64,000 nt of DNA from Candidatus Poribacteria bacterium. Its GTDB lineage: Bacteria; Poribacteria; WGA-4E; UBA9662. Below, one piece after another: positions 30,403-39,246 of this stretch. The notes beneath the pieces are model-generated. The model had not been told where the DNA came from and ran no database searches. It worked only from the letters and a program-made list of their open reading frames with translations. Each line of letters begins with the position of its first letter. Positions within the stretch are counted from its first letter, which is position 1. The stretch is from the NCBI GenBank assembly GCA_046582655.1, contig JAYGDX010000027.1, forward strand, positions 1-64,000, given 5' to 3'. The position numbers were made by a program, and so were the translations under genes.

Positions 30403-31497
30403 ATGTTGGATAAAATGAAATTAGGCATCATCGGATGTGGTAACATTAGCGGGGCTTACTTCGAAGGCGCAAGGAAGACTGACGCTCTTGAGATTAAGAC
30501 CTGTGCTGATATCAACATGAAAGCAGCCAACAGGCAAGCAGATAGGTTTGGCTGTCAGGCTGCAAGCGTTGATCAACTTTTGGCTGATCTGGAGATTGAG
30601 CTTGTTGTGAACTTAACCGTTCCGAAAGCCCATGTCGAAATCGGGTTGAAAGCTCTTAAAGCAAATAAGCACACTTACAGTGAAAAACCATTTGCTGTCG
30701 ATATTGACAGTGGGTGTAAATTGAAGGAAACTGCTACGAAAAAAAAATTGCGTGTTGGTTGTGCACCAGACACTTTCCTAGGGGCTGGAATCCAAACCGC
30801 ACGAAAACAGCTTGATGCTAATGCAATTGGTCGGCCGGTCGCTGGGTCTGCTTTCATGTGTGGTCATGGCCATGAAAATTGGCACTCAAATCCAGCATTT
30901 TATTATGATATTGGTGGTGGGCCAATGATGGATATGGGGCCATACTACATCACAGCATTAGTAAACATCTTAGGGTCAGTAAAGCGTGTGGCTGCCGTGA
31001 CAACAAAAGCTTTTGAAGAACGGATTGCTACCAGTGAAAAAGCTTATGGCTTAAGGATTCCTGTTCATACGACAACGCATTTGACAGGCGTCTTGGAATT
31101 CGTTAACGGAACCATTATCACCACGATTATGAGTTTTGACATGTGGAATCATGGGTTGCCCTGCATTGAACTTTATGGTACGGATGGGTCGATGAGAGTT
31201 CCCGATCCCAACGGATTTGGGGGCTCGGTACAAGTGGCCAAGGCCAGAGGAAATTGGGATGAAGTGCCACTGGAGTTTCCCCATAACGCTCGTATAATTG
31301 GTTTGATTGACATGGTACGAGCGATTAGAAATGATCGGCCACACCGTGTTAACGCTGATCTCGCTTACCATGTATTGGAAGTTATGTTGGCTTTTGATAA
31401 ATCTTCTCAGATGAATCAACATGTTGAAATTGAAAGTACTGTTGAACGACCTGTCCCCTTACCTATTGGCCTTAACGAATGGGAAGTTGAGGATTAA
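30403..31497 (+). CDS. Gfo/Idh/MocA family oxidoreductase
   Basis: GIIGCGNIS, KHTYSEKP, GCAPDTFLG, GGGPMMDMGPYY. Confidence 0.92.
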   Translation: MLDKMKLGIIGCGNISGAYFEGARKTDALEIKTCADINMKAANRQADRFGCQAASVDQLLADLEIELVVNLTVPKAHVEIGLKALKANKHTYSEKPFAVDIDSGCKLKETATKKKLRVGCAPDTFLGAGIQTARKQLDANAIGRPVAGSAFMCGHGHENWHSNPAFYYDIGGGPMMDMGPYYITALVNILGSVKRVAAVTTKAFEERIATSEKAYGLRIPVHTTTHLTGVLEFVNGTIITTIMSFDMWNHGLPCIELYGTDGSMRVPDPNGFGGSVQVAKARGNWDEVPLEFPHNARIIGLIDMVRAIRNDRPHRVNADLAYHVLEVMLAFDKSSQMNQHVEIESTVERPVPLPIGLNEWEVED

Positions 31498-31521
31498 TCA
31501 ACGACATTTTGCTGTGACTCC

Positions 31522-34500
31522 TCAAAATTCCCCTCTGACTGTAAAAGAACTGGCAATCGAAAGATAGTCCCGACCTTCTTCAACCCGATCTTGATTGTAG
31601 CTAAGCCCCAAGTTTATGTTGGCTGTCAGGCGTTTGCTCAGATTATATCTTGTGCGCAGAGTTGTTTCGTATCGCTCCGATTTTTCTTCTCGGTTGGCAC
31701 CGAACTTTTCACGACGAATTACTGTTGAGAAGGTATTGCTTAAATCAAGATCATGCTCTAATACAATTCTCCGTCGACGAAAGGGGATTTTTATTCCACC
31801 TTCAATTCTAACTTTGTAATCAATACTGAAATTTGGTGTAACGACAAAAGAAAAACTTTGGATACCAGCACGCTCTCGGTTCCTTAGCGTAGTTCGTACT
31901 CCAAAGGCAGTACGTGTTCCGCCGCTCCAAGTTTGTGTCCAGCTAGCTGAAGGTTCGTGGGATAAGCTTTCACCAATTTGAGTGTTAATATTGCTTTGGT
32001 CGCGCATCATGTGGCGATACCTGATTTGAAAACTTGAGGTGTTTTTGGAATTGAATATTTTCAGATCCCCTTCATAGCTGGTTGATTTTGATCGGGAGGA
32101 AGTGCTCCTGGACTTGGTAAAATTGTTGTTGTATGATGCGTTTCCACCGATAGAGGCCCATTTCCATGGATCCATTGAAGTACGAAAGCTATATCGTGTT
32201 CCTTTACGAGATTGAGTACGCCGTTCATCTTCATCTTCAATTTGAAAAATTTCCGATATTTTGGTGCCGGGGTCAAGCCTTCGTAACGAGTCTTGGGTGT
32301 TATAAGTCATATCGGCATTGACCGCTAAACTTTCCACACTACGTTGTAGCAATCCTGCTTCTTCCCTCCTAGTTAAACCTTCTCTTTGTTTTATCTTCCG
32401 TTCGATTTCCGCCTTGTCGCGGCTAATCCAATCTCCTTTCATGCTTTCGGCTTGATCAATCTGGGAAGCATCGATGCCCATCCGTTCCAAGCGCTCAATT
32501 TCACGCTGTCGTCTGCCTTCAATATTCGTTTCTACATCAAAGCTATCTTTTTTCGCTGAAGATCGCATTCTAGAGTCTTCAGTTGTCGGCTTGATCTCAG
32601 CCAAGGTTGACTCGCTAACTTTATCTCGGAACAACCAACTGAACCATGATTTCAAGCGGAGACTGAGTCCCAACCGGATGTTCGCATTGACTGAAGCATC
32701 CTTGGTATCGTTAAACCAGTTTTCACGCAAACTGACACGATTGGAGATAGTTGGGCGGATACCGAAAAAATCCTTATTCAAACGTGGGTTAAGTGAAACT
32801 CGGTGTTCTCGGGATGCCAATGTGAATTCTGATTTGTCTTCTACTTCCTTTTCATTGGTGGAAGTCACTTGGTTCGCCAACGGTGTACCATCTTCTCTCC
32901 GTTCGAGTTCACGCTGCACATCATATCGCGGATTGAGCCCAAAACTGGCAAACGGCTGAAAGTTGAATGAGATTGATCCGCTATCCACTTTTTCGTCACG
33001 ATCTCGGCCATAAGAACCCCCGTATCCGCCATAATTACTCCTACTTGATGCGCCTGTTGCCGTTGATGAATCAACTTCAACATCCTCGTGTCGGTATTGT
33101 AGGTCGAAACTGAATTTCTGTCCCAAACTATAACGCATGTTACCTGTATACAGATCACTTAGTTGGTTGCCTTGTCGTTCATTCCAAAAATCTTGGTGGT
33201 TGTAGGCAAACCCAAGTGTTGGTAACGGACGAAGGTTAAACTGTGCTGAGAAATCCCGATTATCGGTTCGACTCTTTCCACTTTGATACGAACTAATTGT
33301 TCCTCGTCGACTCTCAGTCTCGGATTCTTGTTCTTTAACCGAGTATTGGATTGGCAACCAACTAAATAGGTTGAGGTCGGCCTCGATGTTAAAATCATTG
33401 TTTGTCGTGCTGAAACCGCGATCTTGTCGCCGCTGTCTTCCAGTTTCTCCAGTAGAACTTTCGAAATCCTTATCTTGACTGGCGAAGCCACCTTTTACGC
33501 GAAGCAGGTTTCCTAGTTCTATGGATACATTTCCGCGTCGAGCCCAGCCAGATCTCACCAAAGGCTCACTTAGATGAATATCATTTACCCATAATTCTCC
33601 ACTGATGTCTGAACCATTCTCATTCCGGATTCCCAGCAGCATGCCACCGATGTTCTTGATCGAAAGATTCGAGCTATTCGTGCCACGAATTAACAGTTCG
33701 TCAGGATGTCCGTCCGGTTCTTCTGAAACCGAGGGATCCAGCTGCTGATTCGGATTGATTTGGCTTAGATTGATGACATACGATTTTGTATCCACTAAAT
33801 CTGGAGACTCGTTCCTTTTTTTATCAGATAGATCAATCTCAATTAGTTTCCATCCGTCAAAATCAATGATACGCGTGTACTCGTAAAAATCTTTCAGATT
33901 CTCAAATACATTGACATCATCCTTTTTTTGATCCGTTGGATCAGAAAAAGGATCATTTGACGAATAATAATAGGAAGAACGGTAACCTGTTCGCATTGAT
34001 GAAGCTAGCCTCAGAACAAAAGTTGCATAACTCTTATCACCATGCAACCAGAACCGAATCTTATTGTGCTTTGAAAAGTTCTGGCCTTCTCCTTGTTGCA
34101 CACCTCTCAACTGTCTGGTGGTGATGCCAAATGATGTTGGATCCAGATCATACTTTAGAATTAATGTCTGCTCCTTTTGTTCTGAATAATCTAAGCCGAA
34201 TGCGATGTCAGTGTAGGGATGTAGCTTTTTGAAGAGGTTGTCATTTTTGATTAGGCTATGAGCTTTTCTATAGTCATCGAAGTTGTAGTTATCTTTCGTT
34301 CCGACTGCAAATTTCTCGTCGGTATCGAGGACAACTACGCCATTTTTGGTTACGATTCCCTGCTCCCACTGATTTCCTACAATTTCAATAGTGGACCATT
34401 CAAAGACCCCGTTGACAGCACCTAGCTGGTTCTTTTGCAGCCAGAATCGCAAATGCTGCACATAGCCAAGGTTAGGAATTCGATCTCCATATGGAAATGC

Positions 34501-37500
34501 TTCGGTTAAGGGAATGCTGAGAAAAGTCCATCCATTTTTGTTTTCCTTCTTCACCCACTCCGCCGGAATATTGTTCAATGGAATAGAAATACCAAGATAC
34601 GAGTCGATTGTATCAAGAACTCCATCACCGTTTAAATCCTCCGTGTCGAGCACTTTATTATCAGCACCGATCCTTAAATTTTGGAGAGTGCTATTGTAGT
34701 CCCATCCTTTGTCTTCACCCGTATCTAGTGATCCATTAGCACTATACTTGTACGAATCCGGTAAATTCTCTAAGTCTAGATCCAGAGTATCGATCTTACC
34801 GTCACCATTTATATCCTCAAGGGTCTTGGGCAAGTCCTCGCTGTCTAGTCTCATATCAATATCTGAGTCTTCACTCACCATGCCAATATCAATGTGTAAT
34901 GTGATGGCATCTTCTCCCAGCACGCGAAACCACAATTCTATAGACTCACGATCTGACAAATCAGATCCGGACGATGATAGCCCGTATGAGAATCCACCCC
35001 ATTCCTCAATTACATCTGTGAGATCATAGCCAATTTCCATAATCAGGCGTTCTTCGGTAGATCTAGCAAGTGGATTAATTATTGAGGCTGGTATGTACTG
35101 GTTCCGCATATAGTTGCCGATTGCTTTTGAATCCTCATCATCCTTTGGCAGAATTCGGAAAACCGCACGGTTTTCCGAATTCGGGATCGGTAGTATTGCT
35201 TCTCTCTCATTATTATTGGTGCTTGGTATACTCGTGGGTCGCCAGTTATGCTTAAAAGTGGGAACACTGGATGCTTCACGAGCACCTTCCATACTGTCAA
35301 TTAAAGCCGCTCCAACACTATTCGGATTATTGTGTGAGAAAGCGGCTTCACCACTAAAGTCAACGGAAAACGGGAAATTCTCTATCTGGATCAACGGTAT
35401 GGGGTTAATCAGCCAGGCAATATTAAAACTGTGTCCCAAGCTTGTATTAATGTTGAAAGCTTGTAGGCGACTTGGCGCTTCATTTGGACTTGGGATCTGA
35501 AGAGGTTTCTGGCCAGTGTTCAGAATGTAACCTGTTGAGAAGTTAAACCCTTTTTTGAAGACAGGATTAAAGTAAGTTGAACTGCCGCCGTAGAGGCCAC
35601 GTCGAGACCTTCCTCCTAAGCTTCCCAAACCACCGTATCCCCCTCCATATCCGCCGCTATATCCGCCGCCGAAGCCGCCTCCACCAAAAGATCTACCTCC
35701 GAATCCACTAGATCCTCCACCGAAACTACTATTGGTAGATCGGTTAAGTCTGGAACTGCTACTTCCCATTAGCCGATCGAATCTTCCTGTTTTTTTCTGC
35801 TCCTCAGATTTTGCTTTCGGTTCATAATTGTACTCCAGCCAAAGGCCCATTACCGTTTGTTGCAATGCTCCTCCGAACGGCGATCGTTCAAACTCAACCT
35901 CAATTTCATCGTATTCATCGAGTTGACGAAAAAATCTCAGCGTGCCTACTTCATAAATCATCGTATAATCAATGTCACGCTGCAACTTTCGTCCATTGAG
36001 ACGGACAGTTTCGCTATTTGGAATGACAAAGAGTCCAACATTATAGCTATTAGACTGATAGGCATAATCCGCTTGAATCGTATAAATCTGATCTGCTGAT
36101 CTTGGATTTTCTAGGTAAATCTCTCCATTGTTAAGTTGATCCCTGTATTGGTAGAAAGAGCTTTCAGGATCTTCTATCATGAACGGACGAAAGGTAGGGA
36201 AAGTCAGAACGCCACGATCAAAATCAATAAAATCAGGATCGACAGCACCATCTCCATCTTGGTCAAGTCCAAAAATTTGGATATAAGGTACATCTCTTTG
36301 ACCTATGGTGAAGGACTCACCCGCACCTTGACGCCAAATAGTTAGTTGGAAATCGCGAGGGTTAATGTTGCGATTTCCAAGATTATAAACTCGGCGTGAT
36401 TCCGTTCCTCGAAGACTTTTGTCCTTTATGGTTACATAACCAATTTCTTTTTCTTCTTCGTTGATTGATCCACCACCGTTATCATCAACAAACACCGATT
36501 CTGGATTTCCTACTGTTCCACCGCCAGTACCCAAATACTTGTAGACAACAACAATCTTGTAACTGGCTGAGATTGGTACTAAAAATTCGATCTCACCAGT
36601 TACATAGTTGATGTTGTAGTCTTGTCCTGGATACTGCAAATTGAAATATCCTTGAACGGTTCTTTGTCCGCCTTGATTGTTACTCGCAACTCCATCATCG
36701 ATATAGATCTGTTCACTCCCACGAGCAATCGGCAAATAGGCATCGTGAAGCATTTCATCATCATCAAGTTGAATGAAATAGAATCTTTCTTTGACGTAAT
36801 TCGCATCTGCAATCTGTTGACCTCGACCATAACCAGCACGGCGCGACTCACCACGAAAGCGGCGTTTATCAGAAATCCCCTTGGATCGAGATCCGAAAGC
36901 CGTTACTTTCGCTCCTGCTATTTCAGCTATTGCCTCAAGACCAAAGAGGTTTCGGTTAATGTTCAAAAAACGGGTATTTGGTAAATTTAAGGTTATATCG
37001 CCGAACCCAATCCGTTTCAACATACTATCTGCTTTACCTTCATACCAGACGCGAATTTTCTGCTGCTTGGCTCCTCCGTACCCGCCGCCGTACCCACTAC
37101 CGAAACCACCTCCACTATCGGAATCACTGTAATTAACCTCGACGTGAGTGCGTTCACCAACTCGACCATTCAAACCAACTTGAAGCGTTTGCCGAATGTT
37201 GATGCCGCTTGCTCTCGGTGCTCCGCCATACCGTGACATTGAGAACCCTCCACTGCCATAACCCCCACCGCCATAACCTCCACCGCCATAACCTCCTCCA
37301 AAACCGCCACCATATGAATCATAATCGCTGTATGACGAACTCAGCCCTAAATCCAGTCCGGAACTATAGCCACCAAGAGATCTCCCAGTGTAGAAGCGAT
37401 TAACGTCTGTCTGACCGAAGTAGTGAGTTTTATTGAGTTCTACAGTCACCGATTTGTGGCCGGTAATTTTGAGATTAGAATTCAGTGGTAAGCTTATACC

Positions 37501-37878
37501 TCTTTCTTTCTTTTCTGTCTCATCGCGCCGTTCAAGAATCTCTTTGGGATCAATCAATCTAGGTGGGCTTTTCCACAGCCTCAACGAGTCTAAGTAAGGG
37601 GAAAGTGCTTGAAGTCGATGATCCGGTTTATCTTTTTCGTCTTTCTTGGGTACAGGTTTGCCCGGTTTCCACGGATCTACTTCTTGCTTGGACTTTAAGT
37701 CTTCGAAAGCGGGTTTCAGTTTGGTTTGATCTTTCTGATCTGGTTGTATCTGCTCTGCGTAGGATTGCGTGAGAGAAGCATCATTGGGGATAACTGCAGA
37801 TTGGAGGCAAGTGACCCAGATGAATAGCAAGGTTAACCATATATGGTGAAAGGATAGCTCCTTATAAATAAGTACCAA
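31522..37878 (-). CDS. SprA/Sov-like giant outer-membrane beta-barrel protein (T9SS translocon-like) with YG/FG low-complexity inserts
   Basis: 2118 aa; N-terminal hydrophobic signal; LQVGLNGRVGE..V.V.Y and YEG...LKRIGFGDITLNLPNTRF...LFGL as in SprA N-termini; SETVRLNGRKLQRDIDYTMIYEVG; ALIDSMEG; several DxNGDG loops (TEDLNGDGVLD); ELWVNDIHL; long amphipathic beta C-terminus ending in Phe. Confidence 0.8.
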   Translation of the reverse strand: MVLIYKELSFHHIWLTLLFIWVTCLQSAVIPNDASLTQSYAEQIQPDQKDQTKLKPAFEDLKSKQEVDPWKPGKPVPKKDEKDKPDHRLQALSPYLDSLRLWKSPPRLIDPKEILERRDETEKKERGISLPLNSNLKITGHKSVTVELNKTHYFGQTDVNRFYTGRSLGGYSSGLDLGLSSSYSDYDSYGGGFGGGYGGGGYGGGGYGSGGFSMSRYGGAPRASGINIRQTLQVGLNGRVGERTHVEVNYSDSDSGGGFGSGYGGGYGGAKQQKIRVWYEGKADSMLKRIGFGDITLNLPNTRFLNINRNLFGLEAIAEIAGAKVTAFGSRSKGISDKRRFRGESRRAGYGRGQQIADANYVKERFYFIQLDDDEMLHDAYLPIARGSEQIYIDDGVASNNQGGQRTVQGYFNLQYPGQDYNINYVTGEIEFLVPISASYKIVVVYKYLGTGGGTVGNPESVFVDDNGGGSINEEEKEIGYVTIKDKSLRGTESRRVYNLGNRNINPRDFQLTIWRQGAGESFTIGQRDVPYIQIFGLDQDGDGAVDPDFIDFDRGVLTFPTFRPFMIEDPESSFYQYRDQLNNGEIYLENPRSADQIYTIQADYAYQSNSYNVGLFVIPNSETVRLNGRKLQRDIDYTMIYEVGTLRFFRQLDEYDEIEVEFERSPFGGALQQTVMGLWLEYNYEPKAKSEEQKKTGRFDRLMGSSSSRLNRSTNSSFGGGSSGFGGRSFGGGGFGGGYSGGYGGGYGGLGSLGGRSRRGLYGGSSTYFNPVFKKGFNFSTGYILNTGQKPLQIPSPNEAPSRLQAFNINTSLGHSFNIAWLINPIPLIQIENFPFSVDFSGEAAFSHNNPNSVGAALIDSMEGAREASSVPTFKHNWRPTSIPSTNNNEREAILPIPNSENRAVFRILPKDDEDSKAIGNYMRNQYIPASIINPLARSTEERLIMEIGYDLTDVIEEWGGFSYGLSSSGSDLSDRESIELWFRVLGEDAITLHIDIGMVSEDSDIDMRLDSEDLPKTLEDINGDGKIDTLDLDLENLPDSYKYSANGSLDTGEDKGWDYNSTLQNLRIGADNKVLDTEDLNGDGVLDTIDSYLGISIPLNNIPAEWVKKENKNGWTFLSIPLTEAFPYGDRIPNLGYVQHLRFWLQKNQLGAVNGVFEWSTIEIVGNQWEQGIVTKNGVVVLDTDEKFAVGTKDNYNFDDYRKAHSLIKNDNLFKKLHPYTDIAFGLDYSEQKEQTLILKYDLDPTSFGITTRQLRGVQQGEGQNFSKHNKIRFWLHGDKSYATFVLRLASSMRTGYRSSYYYSSNDPFSDPTDQKKDDVNVFENLKDFYEYTRIIDFDGWKLIEIDLSDKKRNESPDLVDTKSYVINLSQINPNQQLDPSVSEEPDGHPDELLIRGTNSSNLSIKNIGGMLLGIRNENGSDISGELWVNDIHLSEPLVRSGWARRGNVSIELGNLLRVKGGFASQDKDFESSTGETGRQRRQDRGFSTTNNDFNIEADLNLFSWLPIQYSVKEQESETESRRGTISSYQSGKSRTDNRDFSAQFNLRPLPTLGFAYNHQDFWNERQGNQLSDLYTGNMRYSLGQKFSFDLQYRHEDVEVDSSTATGASSRSNYGGYGGSYGRDRDEKVDSGSISFNFQPFASFGLNPRYDVQRELERREDGTPLANQVTSTNEKEVEDKSEFTLASREHRVSLNPRLNKDFFGIRPTISNRVSLRENWFNDTKDASVNANIRLGLSLRLKSWFSWLFRDKVSESTLAEIKPTTEDSRMRSSAKKDSFDVETNIEGRRQREIERLERMGIDASQIDQAESMKGDWISRDKAEIERKIKQREGLTRREEAGLLQRSVESLAVNADMTYNTQDSLRRLDPGTKISEIFQIEDEDERRTQSRKGTRYSFRTSMDPWKWASIGGNASYNNNFTKSRSTSSRSKSTSYEGDLKIFNSKNTSSFQIRYRHMMRDQSNINTQIGESLSHEPSASWTQTWSGGTRTAFGVRTTLRNRERAGIQSFSFVVTPNFSIDYKVRIEGGIKIPFRRRRIVLEHDLDLSNTFSTVIRREKFGANREEKSERYETTLRTRYNLSKRLTANINLGLSYNQDRVEEGRDYLSIASSFTVRGEF

Positions 37879-37905
37879 TAAAACTACACCGTCACATTAT
37901 TAAAT

Positions 37906-38053
37906 CCAAGTTGCGACCTGAAATAGCAGGCGGATCAGGAGGCACGTTTTTTTGAAGTCACATCCACGATAATGAATAAAGTCTGACTTTTGACCAAATC
38001 CCCCTAATTCCGCTGGTAAAATCCCGGTTTATTTAGGTCAGGTAGCAACTTGG
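37906..38053. repeat. 16-bp inverted repeat in the sprA-like/fliG-like divergent intergenic region
   Basis: CCAAGTTGCGACCTGA (37906-37921) and TCAGGTAGCAACTTGG (38038-38053), one mismatch. Confidence 0.7.
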
Positions 38054-38244
38054 GTTATTAATTATTAAATATATGGCCTTGCTTCGGAGTGAACGGTTTT
38101 GGATGACCCGCAGTTTACCAGCAGTGGAAACGGAAACAGAAAACCGGATTCAACAGTTTCGGGTATGATACCCTACATTATGCGTGACGAGATCAGCACC
38201 ATAGTGTAAAATTTCATATGTCTCAAGTAAAGGGGTGACACCAT

Positions 38245-38922
38245 ATGTTTGATTCGGCCATGGATGACGAAGTCTATGCTACAATTTCTCCGGAAACTCC
38301 ACAAACAATAGCACTCATTCTTACATACATGATTCCGAATAGAGCATCAGATGTACTAGTTCAGTTTCCGACAGAAAAGCGAAATGTTATTGCCCAACGT
38401 ATTGCGACGATGGAAACGATGAATCAGAATACGGTTGAAGCACTCCTTAATGAAATTCAGATTTCTTTGCAAAGCTGTTTGGATCAGATTATGTCAAACC
38501 GCCGTCCTCAGGAAAGTATTGATGGGTCGGTGGCACTAGCCAAGATGCTAGCTCATACGGGTGATGATGCAGTCGAGGATATTTTGAAGAGTCTTGAAAA
38601 TGTAGAGCAGGCTGACGCGGTCAGGGAGGCCATGTTTACGTTTGAAGACGTTGTACTAATTGATGACATAAGCGTCCAAAAGCATATCTTGAATTTACCA
38701 TCCGTTCGGGATAATTTAGCCGTGGCAATTAAGGGCATGGACGAGGCAATCAGAGATAAATTTCTCAGCAATATGACGGATTGGATGAAAAATCGTGTAG
38801 AAAAGGAAAGACAAAGCCTGGGAAAAGTTCGTGCCGATGTTGTAAGGGAGGCTCGTAAACTTATTCTAGATGAGATTCGTCCCCTAATAGAGTCGGGACA
38901 GGTTCAGGTAGAAAGGCTATGA
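38245..38922 (+). CDS. FliG middle and C-terminal domain protein (orphan, lacks the FliG N-domain)
   Basis: ETPQTIALIL (EHPQ-like), IAQRIATM, AMFTFEDV (MFxF), LAVAIKG, KFLSNM, LGKVR; SD AAGGGGTG. Confidence 0.8.
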   Translation: MFDSAMDDEVYATISPETPQTIALILTYMIPNRASDVLVQFPTEKRNVIAQRIATMETMNQNTVEALLNEIQISLQSCLDQIMSNRRPQESIDGSVALAKMLAHTGDDAVEDILKSLENVEQADAVREAMFTFEDVVLIDDISVQKHILNLPSVRDNLAVAIKGMDEAIRDKFLSNMTDWMKNRVEKERQSLGKVRADVVREARKLILDEIRPLIESGQVQVERL

Positions 38923-39125
38923 TTAATTTTAGAAAGCTCAAGCCAACGGCTAAAGAATGTCCAAGGTGTTCAGCCATAGTCCAATCGATACATAGATACT
39001 GTACTCGATGCGGTCATGAAAATGACGACTTTTTCAACCCGACACAGACAACGACCTTAGTATCGTTTATCTTCGCAATTCTGGCAATTACACTGATCAC
39101 GGTTATGAGGTCCTGCCTTCAATAG
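38919..39125 (+). CDS. Small zinc-ribbon membrane protein
   Basis: CPRC...YCTRCG plus a C-terminal TM helix; ATGA overlap with the FliG-like stop. Confidence 0.65.
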   Translation: MINFRKLKPTAKECPRCSAIVQSIHRYCTRCGHENDDFFNPTQTTTLVSFIFAILAITLITVMRSCLQ

Positions 39126-39246
39126 TTCCATGCTGCGCTCACATCTAATCCAGATTTCAGCGGGCAGCAACTTGGGGCAGGTTAAAAAGTCATAATAGAA
39201 CTGACTATCCAACCAATCAAACATTTTCAAGGGTTTGATGGTGCTG

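Noticed and set aside
37256..37300. 15-bp tandem repeats that could be read as a CRISPR or VNTR locus
   Set aside because: They are in-frame, degenerate at synonymous sites and encode GGGGY-type units; there are no spacers or cas genes
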